Assembly (NCBI GenBank): GCA_016203455.1
Contig: JACQMR010000015.1
Coordinates: 137 to 64,136 of the forward strand
DNA: 64,000 bases
Direction of reading: 5' to 3'
From: Candidatus Wildermuthbacteria bacterium
GTDB lineage: Bacteria; Patescibacteriota; Minisyncoccia; Minisyncoccales; UBA10102
The notes under the pieces are model-generated. The model was given only the letters and a program-made list of their open reading frames with translations. It searched no databases and was not told the DNA's origin. Of the stretch, positions 53,051-63,189 are shown piece by piece. Both the position numbers and the translations under genes were made by a program. Each line of letters starts with the position of its first letter. The stretch's first letter is position 1.

Positions 53051-53494
53051 TTATTTAAACCGGATCGGCACCCGCAACTCATCATCATGTTCGGGGAGTC
53101 CGGAAGGATTATCTTTTACAAACAAAATCGCGCCCTGCTTTGTTTCTGGGGTTTTAAACTCCAATTCCATCTGAAAAGGCACAAATTCTTCCGTCATCCA
53201 GTCCCCTTGCGCTTGAGCAATGCCCGCGCCCAGAATGTTCCCGTTTTGATCAACCGCGCGCACGGGAAAGCTCGCCTCAAAAAACCACCCGCCTCTCGCT
53301 TTTCCCTCTATGCGCAAAGGACTCTCTACAACATCGTTTGACTCGGGGATAGAAACTCTAATCAAATCAAACTTCTCCAGCGCGTTCCCCAAAACCACCT
53401 CCTCAACAGAATTGCTTTGCGAAAAAAAATATCCCGCTATAGAAATCACCGACACGACCCCCAATAAAAAAAGCGCAAAGAAATATCGTTTCAT
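53051..53494 (-). CDS. Gmad2 immunoglobulin-like domain protein (secreted)
   Basis: signal anchor; SPLRIEGKARGGWFFEASFPVRAVDQNGNIL...WMTEEFVPF. Confidence 0.65.
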   Translation of the reverse strand: MKRYFFALFLLGVVSVISIAGYFFSQSNSVEEVVLGNALEKFDLIRVSIPESNDVVESPLRIEGKARGGWFFEASFPVRAVDQNGNILGAGIAQAQGDWMTEEFVPFQMELEFKTPETKQGAILFVKDNPSGLPEHDDELRVPIRFK

Positions 53495-53877
53495 TGTTTT
53501 ATATCCTTACGCAACCCCAAGCATATTGAATTGATGCAATATCTTTTCCCGCCTTTCTCTTCGGGACCGTCCTCAAAAACATGACCGAGATGAACGCCGC
53601 AATTCTTACAGCGCACTTCCACGCGCGTCATGCCATGAGTGGCGTCTTGAAACAACGCAATATTTTTTGTATTGGCAGGATTTGAGAAGCTCGGCCATCC
53701 GGTTTCAGAATCAAACTTTTCTTCAGAAGAGAACAGCTCTGCTCCGCAGGAAGCGCATACATACATGCCCTGCTCATGCGAATTCCAGTACGCTCCCGAA
53801 AACGGAGCTTCGGTGCCTTGCTCGCGCATAACCCGATACTGCTCCCGGCGTATCTTTTTTTCCGGTTCTCTACTCAT
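53491..53877 (-). CDS. msrB: peptide-methionine (R)-S-oxide reductase
   Basis: CASCGAELF, GWPSF, CKNCGVHLGHVF, RYCINS. Confidence 0.9.
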   Translation of the reverse strand: MSREPEKKIRREQYRVMREQGTEAPFSGAYWNSHEQGMYVCASCGAELFSSEEKFDSETGWPSFSNPANTKNIALFQDATHGMTRVEVRCKNCGVHLGHVFEDGPEEKGGKRYCINSICLGLRKDIKQ

Positions 53878-54407
53878 GCTCTTGCCAATATATTTTTTAC
53901 CTTTTTAACTTTTGGCGCAATAACCGCTTGGCTGTACGGCGTGTACGGATTTTTATCGTAGTAATCCCTGTGATGCGCCTCGGCGGGATAAAAATTTACA
54001 AACGGACGAATCTCCGTTTGCACAACATTCCCTTGCCGCGCGATAACCGCCTTTGAGGCAAGCGCTTCCTCTTTCTGGGATTCCGTATGATAAAAAATAA
54101 CCGCTCGGTATTGAGACCCCACATCCGCCCCTTGGCCGCCTTTTTGCGCGGGATCATGGACTTCCCAAAAAATCTTGAGTATATCGGCGTACGATACCCG
54201 CAAAGGATCGTACTCAATCTGCGCGACTTCGCTATGACCCGTAGTACCACGCGAAACCTCTTCATAGGTTGGATGCTCGCCAGTTCCCCCCGCGTATCCC
54301 GGCATCACAGAAACCACTCCAGGCAAAAGCTTAAAAGCCGCTTCGGCACACCAAAAACACCCTACTCCCAGTGTCGCTTTCTCCTTCTTTTGAACTCCCT
54401 GAATCAT
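53874..54407 (-). CDS. msrA: peptide-methionine (S)-S-oxide reductase
   Basis: GCFWCAEA active site, GYAGG, HSEVAQIEYD; start moved to MIQGVQKK to remove the overlap with rdgB. Confidence 0.9.
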   Translation of the reverse strand: MIQGVQKKEKATLGVGCFWCAEAAFKLLPGVVSVMPGYAGGTGEHPTYEEVSRGTTGHSEVAQIEYDPLRVSYADILKIFWEVHDPAQKGGQGADVGSQYRAVIFYHTESQKEEALASKAVIARQGNVVQTEIRPFVNFYPAEAHHRDYYDKNPYTPYSQAVIAPKVKKVKNILARA

Positions 54408-54415
54408 AGATCGTA

Positions 54416-55027
54416 TTATACCATATTGATCTCCCCGGCCATGGCAAGCAAAAACGGCATTGCTTTTTGCGCGGCCTGTTCTCTGTGAAGATTCGCGAGT
54501 TCCTCCATGGAGGATTCGGCCAGCACGCGATCTGACCCTTTTGGGCAAAAAAGAGAACGGTACGGCAAACCCGGAACTATGGGGTAATACGCCTTCTCCG
54601 CGAGAATCCCCTCCAAAACACCTTCAAATATCCGTATGTCGCCCGGATCTTTTGCTACGGCAAGAACTGCGCGAAATCTCGCTGTTCTTTTGCCTTCCGG
54701 AATTCCTTTCATGCGAGAAATCGCATATGCCACAAGCTCCTCATCCCCCGCCTTGTATCCGGGCCATCTTCTCGCGTGAATGCCCGGCTCTCCTCCCAAA
54801 GCGTCAATCTCCAGGCCGGTGTCGTCCGCGAGCGTTGGAATACCGCTTTTCTCCGCGTAAAACCTGGCTTTTAAGATCGCATTCTCCTCCAGAGTCGCGC
54901 CGGTTTCCTCGGGTTCTTCCGTAATGCCCAAATCAGAAAGCAAAACCAGCTCAAAAGGAGCGGCCCGTAAAAGACGCTGATACTCCCCCATTTTGCCTTG
55001 ATTAGTAGTTGCGATAAGTAATTTCAT
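54416..55027 (-). CDS. rdgB: non-canonical purine NTP pyrophosphatase (Ham1/RdgB)
   Basis: IATTNQGKMGEY, EETGATLEENA, DDTGLEIDALGGEPG, ARF. Confidence 0.9.
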   Translation of the reverse strand: MKLLIATTNQGKMGEYQRLLRAAPFELVLLSDLGITEEPEETGATLEENAILKARFYAEKSGIPTLADDTGLEIDALGGEPGIHARRWPGYKAGDEELVAYAISRMKGIPEGKRTARFRAVLAVAKDPGDIRIFEGVLEGILAEKAYYPIVPGLPYRSLFCPKGSDRVLAESSMEELANLHREQAAQKAMPFLLAMAGEINMV

Positions 55028-55188
55028 AGCGACTCTTGGGACTGCTCAATACGCAAAGGTTCTTTAAACTGCTCTCGCGCCGCCAAATATCCCGCGCCAA
55101 AAGAAAATAAACACGCCAGCAGAGCCGCTGTTCCCAGAATTATATCCTGATGATATGCTTTGACAAATTCTTTCAACTTTGATACCAT
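55024..55188 (-). CDS. possible unannotated small membrane protein (54 aa)
   Basis: My own translation is MVSKLKEFVKAYHQDIILGTAALLACLFSFGAGYLAAREQFKEPLRIEQSQESL. It has one TM helix and its stop overlaps the rdgB ATG (ATGA). It is below the ORF-track size cutoff. Confidence 0.25.
   Translation of the reverse strand: MVSKLKEFVKAYHQDIILGTAALLACLFSFGAGYLAAREQFKEPLRIEQSQESL
55160..55188 (+). promoter_or_regulatory. promoter-like TTGACA-17-TACCAT placed 6 nt before the rpmA ATG (possible leaderless mRNA)
   Basis: TTGACA 55160-55165; TACCAT 55183-55188; ATG 55195; no SD sequence in between. Confidence 0.35.
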
Positions 55189-55194
55189 AATCGC

Positions 55195-55491
55195 ATGTCA
55201 ACAACGAAAGCCGCCGGATCTACCAAACTCGGCCGCGACTCACAACCCAAATATCTCGGAGTCAAACTCTTCGCCGGCCAAAAAGCCAAAGAGGGTCAAA
55301 TTTTGGTTCGTCAGCGCGGGTCTCATGTTATCGCGGGCCTTAATGTCGCCATGGGAGGAGACAATACCCTGTTCGCGCTCAAAGAAGGAATCGTAAGCTT
55401 TGCCACCAAAAGAAAACGCGGTTTTGACGGATCCCAGCGACCCGTTAAGATCGTAAGCGTTACTCCTCAAGGCGACTCTCAAAAGAGCTAA
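55195..55491 (+). CDS. rpmA: 50S ribosomal protein L27
   Basis: AAGSTKLGRDSQPKYLGVKLFAGQ...ILVRQRG. Confidence 0.9.
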   Translation: MSTTKAAGSTKLGRDSQPKYLGVKLFAGQKAKEGQILVRQRGSHVIAGLNVAMGGDNTLFALKEGIVSFATKRKRGFDGSQRPVKIVSVTPQGDSQKS

Positions 55492-55516
55492 CCCAAAACA
55501 GACCGCCGGACTCTTT

Positions 55517-57151
55517 TCACTCCGGCTTTTTGTTTTTTACGCATGCCCGGATAAATTCCAGGAACAATGGATGCGGCTCCAACGGCCTGGACTTTAACTC
55601 GGGATGAAACTGCGTTCCCAGAAAAAACGGGTGGCCGCGCAATTCTCCGATCTCAACCAAATCGCGCTCCGGATTTATTCCTGAAAAGACCATGCCGTGT
55701 TTTTCCAAAAGTTTCCGGTATTCGTTGTTCACCTCATATCTGTGGCGGTGGCGTTCTGAAACCTCTTTTTTTGCATATGCCTTAAACGCAATGGTGCCTT
55801 CCGCGACTCTGCACGAATACGCGCCAAGCCGCATGGTTCCGCCGTATTTCTTCTCGCGCAAAAGACCCGCCTGATCCGGCATGACATCAATAACCGCCTC
55901 AATATCTTTTTTCTTGGCAAGCTCGGCGGAGTTGGCGTTTTTTAACCCGCAGACATGTCTTGCAAACTCAATAACCGCGAGTTGCAAACCAAAGCACAGC
56001 CCAAAATAAGGGATGCCGTTTTCTCTGCAAAACCGTATGGCTTGTATTTTTCCCTCCACTCCCCTATTGCCAAATCCGCCGGGAACAATAATGCCGTCAA
56101 AAGATTTTAACTCTGCGGCCGCCCCGGCATCTTTTTCATATTTCTCCGCGGAAAGCCAGGTGATCTCCGGCTTTCTCTTTGCGGCCCAGGCGGCATGCTT
56201 GATCGCCTCTATAACCGAAAGATACGAGTCCATAAGAGTAAAGTCCCCGGTTTCAAAATACTTGCCCACAATCCCCACTCGCACGGGCTCTTTTACGGAA
56301 TGAATCGTGCCAACCAAAGATGTCCATTCTTTCATGTCCCGCTTGAGGGGCCTTGCGCCAAATTTCTTTAGTATCTGTTCTCCCAACCGTTCTTTTTCAA
56401 AGTTAATGGGAATCTCATAGATTGAACCCACATCGGGAGCTGAAATGACGCATTCGGGCGCCACATTGCAAGACACCGAAATCTTCCGCTTCCTGGGCTC
56501 ATCCACCGCCTGGGTTGCCCTGGCAATGATAATATCTGGCTGAATGCCGGCCGCGTTTAAAGTTCTCACCGCGTTTTGCGTGGGCTTTGTCTTCATCTCC
56601 CCCAGGTTTGGAGGAACAGGCAAATAACTCACCATAACAAACAGCACCCGTTTTGGCGACTCAATTTTCATCATGCGCGCCGCCTCCAAAAACAGCATAT
56701 TCTGATACTCCCCCACCGTGCCTCCAACCTCAATAACAACAAAATCCGCCTTGTCTTGCTTGGCGGCTTTTTTAATGCGCGAGATCACTTCTTCCGGAAT
56801 ATGAGGCACCACCTCAACGCATTTTCCTCCGTACTCCAAATTCCGCTCCCTGCGGATCACAGAGTCATACACGCGGCCCGTAGTCATGTAATTCACCTGG
56901 CTGAACGACTGGCCAAGAAACCGCTCGTAATTCCCCAGGTCCTGATCTGACTCCGTGCCGTCGTCTGTCACGAAAATCTCGCCGTGTTCCAAAGGATTCA
57001 TGGTTCCGGCATCCACATTCACATAGGGGTCAATCTTGACCGCGCTTACGCGAAATCCCTTGCTTTGCAGAATTTTCCCGATAGACGCCGTGGCAACCCC
57101 TTTGCCAACGCCAGACATTACGCCGCCCGTAACAAAAATATACCTTGTCAT
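55517..57151 (-). CDS. pyrG: CTP synthase
   Basis: YIFVTGGVMSGVGKG, synthetase domain, glutaminase GLCFGLQ...HRHRYEVN. Confidence 0.95.
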   Translation of the reverse strand: MTRYIFVTGGVMSGVGKGVATASIGKILQSKGFRVSAVKIDPYVNVDAGTMNPLEHGEIFVTDDGTESDQDLGNYERFLGQSFSQVNYMTTGRVYDSVIRRERNLEYGGKCVEVVPHIPEEVISRIKKAAKQDKADFVVIEVGGTVGEYQNMLFLEAARMMKIESPKRVLFVMVSYLPVPPNLGEMKTKPTQNAVRTLNAAGIQPDIIIARATQAVDEPRKRKISVSCNVAPECVISAPDVGSIYEIPINFEKERLGEQILKKFGARPLKRDMKEWTSLVGTIHSVKEPVRVGIVGKYFETGDFTLMDSYLSVIEAIKHAAWAAKRKPEITWLSAEKYEKDAGAAAELKSFDGIIVPGGFGNRGVEGKIQAIRFCRENGIPYFGLCFGLQLAVIEFARHVCGLKNANSAELAKKKDIEAVIDVMPDQAGLLREKKYGGTMRLGAYSCRVAEGTIAFKAYAKKEVSERHRHRYEVNNEYRKLLEKHGMVFSGINPERDLVEIGELRGHPFFLGTQFHPELKSRPLEPHPLFLEFIRACVKNKKPE

Positions 57152-57600
57152 GATTTTACTTCCTCGGCGATGATAAGACGAATCTCGGCCTCCAAGTTAT
57201 GATCCAAACTAATTTTAACAGGAAACTCGCCCGATTCTTTAATGGGCTCTTCAAGCTTTATCTGCGTCTTTTTTATTTCGTATCCGAGTTCTTTGAGGCG
57301 ATCCGCGATTTTTTGCGCGTTTATATGCTCAAACAGCTGGCCTTCTTCACCGATCTTCACCGGCAGAGAAATTTCAGCGTCATCTAGTTTGGAAGCAAGC
57401 TCTTGGGCAATCTGCAAATTGCCCTCCGCTTTTTTTTCCGCGAGTTCTTTTTGCAGTGCAAGCCACTCCAGCGCTTCTTTGGTTGCCTGCTTTGCAAGAT
57501 TTCTGGGAAACAAAAAATTCAAGGCATGGCCGTCGGCAACCTCTTTCACATCGTGTTTTTTGCCAATCTTTGGCACATTCTGCAGGAGAACGACTTTCAT
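57148..57600 (-). CDS. rplI: 50S ribosomal protein L9
   Basis: MKVVLLQNVPKIGKKHDVKEVADGHALNFLFPRNLA. Confidence 0.9.
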   Translation of the reverse strand: MKVVLLQNVPKIGKKHDVKEVADGHALNFLFPRNLAKQATKEALEWLALQKELAEKKAEGNLQIAQELASKLDDAEISLPVKIGEEGQLFEHINAQKIADRLKELGYEIKKTQIKLEEPIKESGEFPVKISLDHNLEAEIRLIIAEEVKS

Positions 57601-57615
57601 AATATATCCATTCTC

Positions 57616-58827
57616 TCAAAGATTTCGTACAAATTCAAGCGCGGCGTCCAATTGCGGGTCTCTCTTTGCCTCATAGTCGTCCGAAGTCATCTCAACCGCT
57701 ATATCGGGGTCCAAACCAACGCCGGTGATAAGCGACCGGTTCGGGGTAAGCCAGTTTGCCACCGTAACCTTCAGCGAGGACCCTCCGCGCAAATCTTCCA
57801 CTTCCTGCACGGACCCCTTGCCAAAGGACTTGTCTCCGATAAGCGTAATGCCCTTTTGATCGCGCAAAGCCCCGGCAAGAATTTCGGAGGCAGACGCCGA
57901 TCCTTCGTTCATCAATACAACAACGGGATAATCACCCAATCTGCCGTTGCCACGAGCTTCATATGCTTTCTCTCGGCCTTCTTTTCCAAAATCCTCAATA
58001 ACTACGGTCTGGCCCCGCTCCAAAAACCAGCCCGCGATATCCACGGAAACATCCAGATAGCCGCCGGGATTTCCCCTCAAATCAAGTATGATGCTTTTTG
58101 CTTTAGAACGGAGAATTTCCTGGGCTGTTCCGGAAAACGCGGAACCCGCCTGCCGTGAAAACTGATACAGTTTTACATACGCGACATCTCCGTCTTTCAT
58201 TTCCCATTTCAAAGAAGGAACCTGAATAAGGTCGCGTGTAATGGAAATATCTTTGGGCTCCTTCCAGCTTTCCCTGGCAACAGAAAGCGTAACCTCTGTG
58301 CCCTTGGGTCCCCGAATAAGCAAAATCGCCTGGTCCAAAGACATATCCTTGGTAAATTCCTCTCCTATTTTTAAAATTGAATCGCCCGGCAACAATCCCG
58401 CCTTTTGCGCGGGAGTCCCCTCCAGGGGAGCAACCACTTTGAGTGTTTTCTCTTTAATGCCAATCTCCATGCCAACTCCCTCAAAAGACCCCTCTATGTC
58501 CTCCTGGAATCGTTTGGTTTCTTCAGGATCCATGAACACGGTATAGGGATCATCCAAGCTCTCCACCATGCCGGCTATCGCGCCGTACACCATTGCCTGG
58601 GAGTTAAGATCTCCGCTTTTCGCGTATTTCTCCTGCACGACTCTCCATGTGTCCCAAAACAAAGAAAAATCCGCGCCGGCAGGCTGTCCAAGCTCCAAAC
58701 TAGAAACACCGGCAATGGGAACAATCAATGCCTGGCCTTTTCCAAGAGAAACACCCAAGAAGAAAGCGGTTACCAGGGCAATGCCGCATATCAAAAGCCC
58801 GTATTTTCTCACTCGTTCTCTTTCCAT
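57616..58827 (-). CDS. S41 family C-terminal processing peptidase
   Basis: PDZ domain (GTPAQKAGLLPGD), LDLRGNPGG, GSASASEILAGAL, FGKGSVQ; start moved to MERERVRKYG. Confidence 0.85.
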   Translation of the reverse strand: MERERVRKYGLLICGIALVTAFFLGVSLGKGQALIVPIAGVSSLELGQPAGADFSLFWDTWRVVQEKYAKSGDLNSQAMVYGAIAGMVESLDDPYTVFMDPEETKRFQEDIEGSFEGVGMEIGIKEKTLKVVAPLEGTPAQKAGLLPGDSILKIGEEFTKDMSLDQAILLIRGPKGTEVTLSVARESWKEPKDISITRDLIQVPSLKWEMKDGDVAYVKLYQFSRQAGSAFSGTAQEILRSKAKSIILDLRGNPGGYLDVSVDIAGWFLERGQTVVIEDFGKEGREKAYEARGNGRLGDYPVVVLMNEGSASASEILAGALRDQKGITLIGDKSFGKGSVQEVEDLRGGSSLKVTVANWLTPNRSLITGVGLDPDIAVEMTSDDYEAKRDPQLDAALEFVRNL

Positions 58828-58931
58828 AACAAACGCATTGTACCACAAATGGCATGCGTCTACAACCGTATGCCAGGTATATTTAAAAAAGAAAGGCCCG
58901 GCGATTGTTATAATCGCCGGGACCAAAAACC

Positions 58932-59306
58932 TTAGCCCAGGGCCTTCTCCACGGCCCTGATAAGGGGCCACATGTTCCCCTCTTTGGGGACGAATACGAC
59001 ATCGTCCCCGAAAGGAGTTGCCACCGAGGCGGACGCCCCAGAAAAGATGATCACCGTAAGGTTCCCGTGCAACGCCCTACGGCGTCGCAAGAACATTTGT
59101 ACCAAGGTAAGGCCTATGGTCTCACCCTCCTTGAAACCACCCCCCACCACCACTATATCCCCCCCAGAAATTCGGGAGGGATAACCATTAAAGAGATACT
59201 CATTTAAACCGAGAGCAATGACCTCCGCCGAAAAGGCGGAGAAAACGGCGACGGCGAGCCGCCTCATGCTTTCGTCCTCGTTGAAAAAAAATATACTTCG
59301 TGCCAT
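58932..59306 (-). CDS. hypothetical protein, degenerate receiver (CheY-like) fold suspected
   Basis: IFFFNEDES...DIVVVGGG...TVIIFSGAS...VFVPKEG follows the beta-alpha rhythm of a receiver domain but lacks the phospho-acceptor Asp; GC-rich. Confidence 0.35.
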   Translation of the reverse strand: MARSIFFFNEDESMRRLAVAVFSAFSAEVIALGLNEYLFNGYPSRISGGDIVVVGGGFKEGETIGLTLVQMFLRRRRALHGNLTVIIFSGASASVATPFGDDVVFVPKEGNMWPLIRAVEKALG

Positions 59307-59463
59307 TGGGCACCTCCTCGCTTGCCTCAAAAATCTGTACAATGTATAACATGTCCTGTCGGTTATGTCAACTCTTTCATGCGGCAAGATATTGACATAT
59401 TGCCTCTTCCGTTACATGCTGATGGTAGCTGGAAAACAACTCAAAAAACGAGGAGCAAGTACC

Positions 59464-59808
59464 ATGGCGACTCAAACTGCTGTGTCCCCAAAAAAACGGG
59501 GGAATCTTCTCCTCCCCCTAATCGCCGCCCCTATCATGGCAATTCTCATTCTGGCTACGGCCGGATCGGCCGTAGCGTCGTATTATTTCATTGAGGGATC
59601 GTGGAGAACGGTCGCGATCATATTCGCGGCGCTTCAGACGGTTCTGGGCATCTGGGCGTTCCGCGACCTCCAAAGGGTCATCCGCCCAAAAGAAGAGGAC
59701 TACCGGCTTGGAATTTTTCTCGCTAGCCCTGTCGGGCTAGTGGGATCCATCCTCGCATGCGTTTTAATGTTTTTTGACCGCTCTCTGCCAAGATGGCTGG
59801 TCAAATAA
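59464..59808 (+). CDS. small membrane protein (114 aa)
   Basis: AGGAG RBS before ATG 59464; three hydrophobic helices; GC-rich. Confidence 0.45.
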   Translation: MATQTAVSPKKRGNLLLPLIAAPIMAILILATAGSAVASYYFIEGSWRTVAIIFAALQTVLGIWAFRDLQRVIRPKEEDYRLGIFLASPVGLVGSILACVLMFFDRSLPRWLVK

Positions 59809-59907
59809 ACTCCCCCTGCGGTATCTACGGATACCGCTTTTTTATTGCTCGCCAAATAAACCAAGCCATCCTTACCTTGGTTCAACATTTATACAAAAAA
59901 GTTATTG

Positions 59908-59983
59908 TGGTGCTTCGGGTGGGACTCGAACCCACAACCACTTCCTTAAAAGGGAAATGCTCTACCAATTGAGCTACCGAAGC
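59908..59983 (-). tRNA. tRNA-Lys (anticodon UUU), CCA encoded
   Basis: Hand-folded cloverleaf: acceptor GCUUCGG/CCGAAGC, D arm GCUC-AAUUGGUA-GAGC, anticodon arm UUUCC-CUUUUAA-GGAAG, T arm GUGGG-UUCGAGU-CCCAC, then ACCA. Confidence 0.9.
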
Positions 59984-60057
59984 AAAAAACACCTTGTTTC
60001 TCCAAAGAAAAGAGTATCATATTCTTCTATTTTTCTCAAGAAAACTGGTATTATGAA

Positions 60058-60160
60058 TCAGTTGTTATTGATTATTCGTTATTCGTTATTAGTTATTTGT
60101 TAGCTAGTTGTTATCAGTCAGCTGTTATTCGTTATTTGTTATTGGTTATTTGTTATTTTT
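60058..60160. repeat. degenerate heptamer tandem repeat (GTTATTN on + strand, ATAACNA on - strand), about 14 units
   Basis: GTTGTTATTGATTATTCGTTATTCGTTATTAGTTATTTGTTA...; lies between the dnaJ stop and tRNA-Lys. Confidence 0.8.
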
Positions 60161-60164
60161 CCCC

Positions 60165-61268
60165 CTATATTCCTTCTCTCTGCAACCGTTCCAACAAATC
60201 TTTCTGTTCTTTGGTGAGTTTCTTGGGAATCACCACAACCACCTCCACAAACATACTGCCTCTGCCAAGACCTGAAAAATGGGGTATGCCTTTGCCCTGT
60301 ATTCTGAACACCTGCCCGGCCGAGGTGCCGGCTGGCATGGAAAGGCCAACCGCGCCTCCTTCCACGGTAGGCACTTCAAGTTGCGCGCCCAGGGCCGCCT
60401 GCGAAAACAAAATGGGCATTTTTACATACAAGTCATCCCCCTCGCGCTTAAACGCGGGGTGCTCTTTTATAAATATCCGCAGATACAAATCCCCTGTTCT
60501 GCCTTTTCTCCTCCCCGCCTCTCCTTTGCCGGCAACTTTCAATATCTGGTTGCTGTCCACGCCTGCCGGAATCTGCACTTTAATGGTTTCTTCGGTTGCC
60601 ATTCTCCCTTCTCCTTTGCACACAATGCAATTTTTCTCGGGATTCAACCCCTCTCCCTTGCATTCGGGACACGGCCCAACCCGCGTAAAAGAACCAAACG
60701 CGGTTCTTCTAATCTGTTGAACCTGCCCCGTGCCTCGGCAAGAAAAACATTCTTTTACTTTGGTGCCGGGTTCCGCCCCAATCCCCTGGCACCGAGAACA
60801 GCTAACCTGCCTCTTTATTTTTATATGTTCCTCCTTGCCTTTCACCACTGCCTCCAACGGAATCTCCACGCGCATTTCAATGTCTCTCCCCCGTTTCACA
60901 TCTTTCTCCGGTCTGCCTCCGCCAAAAAAGTCCTCAAATATGTCGCCCAGGTCAAAATCAAAGCCCGCGCCTTCTCCGTCTTCGCCGTCATGGGCATGCC
61001 CGCCTTGCTGGCCCCAGCCCCAGTTAAATCCGTTAAATCCCTGCCCCTGCTGGCTCGCGCCGCCCTCAAACACGCGCCCGAACTTATCGTACTGGGCCCG
61101 CTTATCTGAATCAGAAAGTATCTGATATGCCTCGCTCACTTCTTTAAACTTGCCCGCGTCCCCTCCTTTATCGGGATGGTATTTGTGAGCGAGCCGTCTG
61201 TATGCTTTTTTAATGTCTTCCTCCGTGGCTCCCTTTTCAACGCCAAGGATGTTGTAATAGTCCTTCAT
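60165..61268 (-). CDS. dnaJ: molecular chaperone DnaJ
   Basis: J domain with HPD (KYHPDK), G/F region, four CxxCxGxG zinc repeats. Confidence 0.95.
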   Translation of the reverse strand: MKDYYNILGVEKGATEEDIKKAYRRLAHKYHPDKGGDAGKFKEVSEAYQILSDSDKRAQYDKFGRVFEGGASQQGQGFNGFNWGWGQQGGHAHDGEDGEGAGFDFDLGDIFEDFFGGGRPEKDVKRGRDIEMRVEIPLEAVVKGKEEHIKIKRQVSCSRCQGIGAEPGTKVKECFSCRGTGQVQQIRRTAFGSFTRVGPCPECKGEGLNPEKNCIVCKGEGRMATEETIKVQIPAGVDSNQILKVAGKGEAGRRKGRTGDLYLRIFIKEHPAFKREGDDLYVKMPILFSQAALGAQLEVPTVEGGAVGLSMPAGTSAGQVFRIQGKGIPHFSGLGRGSMFVEVVVVIPKKLTKEQKDLLERLQREGI

Positions 61269-61305
61269 GATTTTTTTCTACAAACTAAAAACTATATACT
61301 AAAAA

Positions 61306-63165
61306 CTAGCTTTCCGCGTTCCCTCCAGCTCCCGGAGCTTGCTCCGGCCCTTGGCCCTGCTGGGGATTTTGATACAAAGCGGCTCCAACCTTTTGGATCG
61401 CCTGCGACAACTCCTCGGTCGCCTTTTGTATGACGGGTCCGTCTTCACCATCTTTCACTTTCTTTAACGCGTCAAGTTTTTCTTCCACGGATTTTTTGTT
61501 TTCTTCGGAGACCTTGTCCCCGGCTTCTTTAAGGGTTTTCTCCGTGGCGTAAATTAAAGCATCCGCCGCGTTTCTCGCCTCTATCGCCTCTTTCTTTTTC
61601 TTATCATCCGCCTCGTGAAGTTCCGCCTCTTTTCTCATGCGTTCCGCGTCTTCTTTGGAAATTCCGGAAGACCCCTCAATCCGTATGGTTTGGGTCTTTC
61701 CTGATGCTTTATCTTTGGCGGTTACGCTTAAAATCCCGTTGGCGTCAATGTCAAAAGAAACCTCAACCTGCGGAATACCGCGGGGAGCCGAAGGAATCCC
61801 GTCTAAAATAAATCTGCCAAGCGACTTATTGTCTTGCGCCATGGGCCTTTCTCCCTGAACCACATGAATCTCAACCGAGGTTTGATTGTCCGCCGCGGTA
61901 GAAAACACCTGGCTTTTTGAAGTGGGGACCGTGGTATTTTTAGAAATCAGCACGGTATTCACGCTTCCCAGCGTTTCAATGCCCAAAGACAAAGGAGTTA
62001 CATCCAGCAATAAAATATCCTTCACTTCTCCTTGCAAAATACCCCCCTGCACTGCCGCCCCAAGGGCAACCACCTCGTCGGGGTTAATGGTGCGGTTCGG
62101 CTCTTTGCCGAAAAACTTTTTAACCGCCTCTTGTATGGCGGGCATTCTTGTCTGTCCTCCCACCAGCACCACCTCATTGATATCTTTAATTGCTATTTTT
62201 GACTCTTTCAGAGTTTGCTCAACCAATTGAATGGAGCGATCCAAAAATTCTTGCACCAAACCCTCCAGCTGGGCCCTGGTCATTTTGTAATACAAATGCT
62301 TTGGGCCTCCGGAGTCAGAAGTAATAAAGGGAAGATTCACTTCGGTTTCCATGGAACTGGAAAGCTCTATTTTTGCTTTCTCCGCTCCTTCTTTTAGCCG
62401 CTGGAGGGCGAGCGGATCTTTTGACAGGTCAATGCCTTCGTCTTTTTGGTACTGGGAAATCAGCCACGCCATGATCTTTTGATCAAAGTCCTCTCCTCCC
62501 AGGTGCGTGTCTCCGCCCGTGGATTTCACTTCAATGGTATCGGCGGAAACCTCAAGCACGGAAATATCAAAAGTGCCTCCTCCAAAGTCATACACAACGA
62601 TTTTCTCGTCTTTCTTTTTATTCATGCCATATGCCAAAGCCGCGGCTGTCGGTTCGTTGAGTACGCGCTTTACATCCAAACCGGCTATCTCTCCGGCAAT
62701 CTTGGTTGCCTTTCTCTGACTATCGTCAAAATAGGCGGGAACCGTAATAATGGCCTCGGTAATTTTTTCGCCTAGCTTTTCTTCCGCGTCATTTTTTAGC
62801 TTGCGCAAAATCATGGCTGAAATTTCAGCCGGTTTTAACCACTTCTCCCCCATTTTCACCTCAACGCTTCCGTCAGACGCCTCGCGAATTTCAAATGGAA
62901 GCCATGCTTTGTCTCTCTGCACCTCCGCGTCCTGAAATCTTCTTCCCATAAGCCGCTTTACCTGAAACACGGTGTTGCGCGGATTGGTTACCTGCTGGCG
63001 TCTTGCCTGCACGCCCACAAGCTGTTCCCCGCTTTTGGAAAACGCGGCTACGGAGGGCGTGGTTCTCGCCCCTTCTTTGTTTTCTATAATCTTTGGCTCT
63101 CCGGCTTCGGTAACTGCCATTGCCGAAAATGTCGTGCCCAGATCAATGCCCAATATTTTTGCCAT
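61306..63165 (-). CDS. dnaK: molecular chaperone DnaK (Hsp70)
   Basis: [31 protein letters not shown]... C-terminal lid. Confidence 0.95.
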   Translation of the reverse strand: MAKILGIDLGTTFSAMAVTEAGEPKIIENKEGARTTPSVAAFSKSGEQLVGVQARRQQVTNPRNTVFQVKRLMGRRFQDAEVQRDKAWLPFEIREASDGSVEVKMGEKWLKPAEISAMILRKLKNDAEEKLGEKITEAIITVPAYFDDSQRKATKIAGEIAGLDVKRVLNEPTAAALAYGMNKKKDEKIVVYDFGGGTFDISVLEVSADTIEVKSTGGDTHLGGEDFDQKIMAWLISQYQKDEGIDLSKDPLALQRLKEGAEKAKIELSSSMETEVNLPFITSDSGGPKHLYYKMTRAQLEGLVQEFLDRSIQLVEQTLKESKIAIKDINEVVLVGGQTRMPAIQEAVKKFFGKEPNRTINPDEVVALGAAVQGGILQGEVKDILLLDVTPLSLGIETLGSVNTVLISKNTTVPTSKSQVFSTAADNQTSVEIHVVQGERPMAQDNKSLGRFILDGIPSAPRGIPQVEVSFDIDANGILSVTAKDKASGKTQTIRIEGSSGISKEDAERMRKEAELHEADDKKKKEAIEARNAADALIYATEKTLKEAGDKVSEENKKSVEEKLDALKKVKDGEDGPVIQKATEELSQAIQKVGAALYQNPQQGQGPEQAPGAGGNAES

Positions 63166-63189
63166 ATCAATACTATATAAATATGTGTC

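Noticed and set aside
55517-57151. Alternative genetic code (UGA recoded), as in some candidate phyla
   Set aside because: Conserved genes terminate at TGA at their normal lengths (for example pyrG at 544 aa, and the PaaK-like gene at 2841-2843), and no conserved gene is broken by in-frame TGA. The standard bacterial code fits.
60058-60160. Possible CRISPR array or minisatellite between dnaJ and tRNA-Lys
   Set aside because: The units are contiguous degenerate 7-mers (GTTATTN) with no unique spacers of CRISPR size, and no cas genes are nearby. It is a simple low-complexity tandem repeat.
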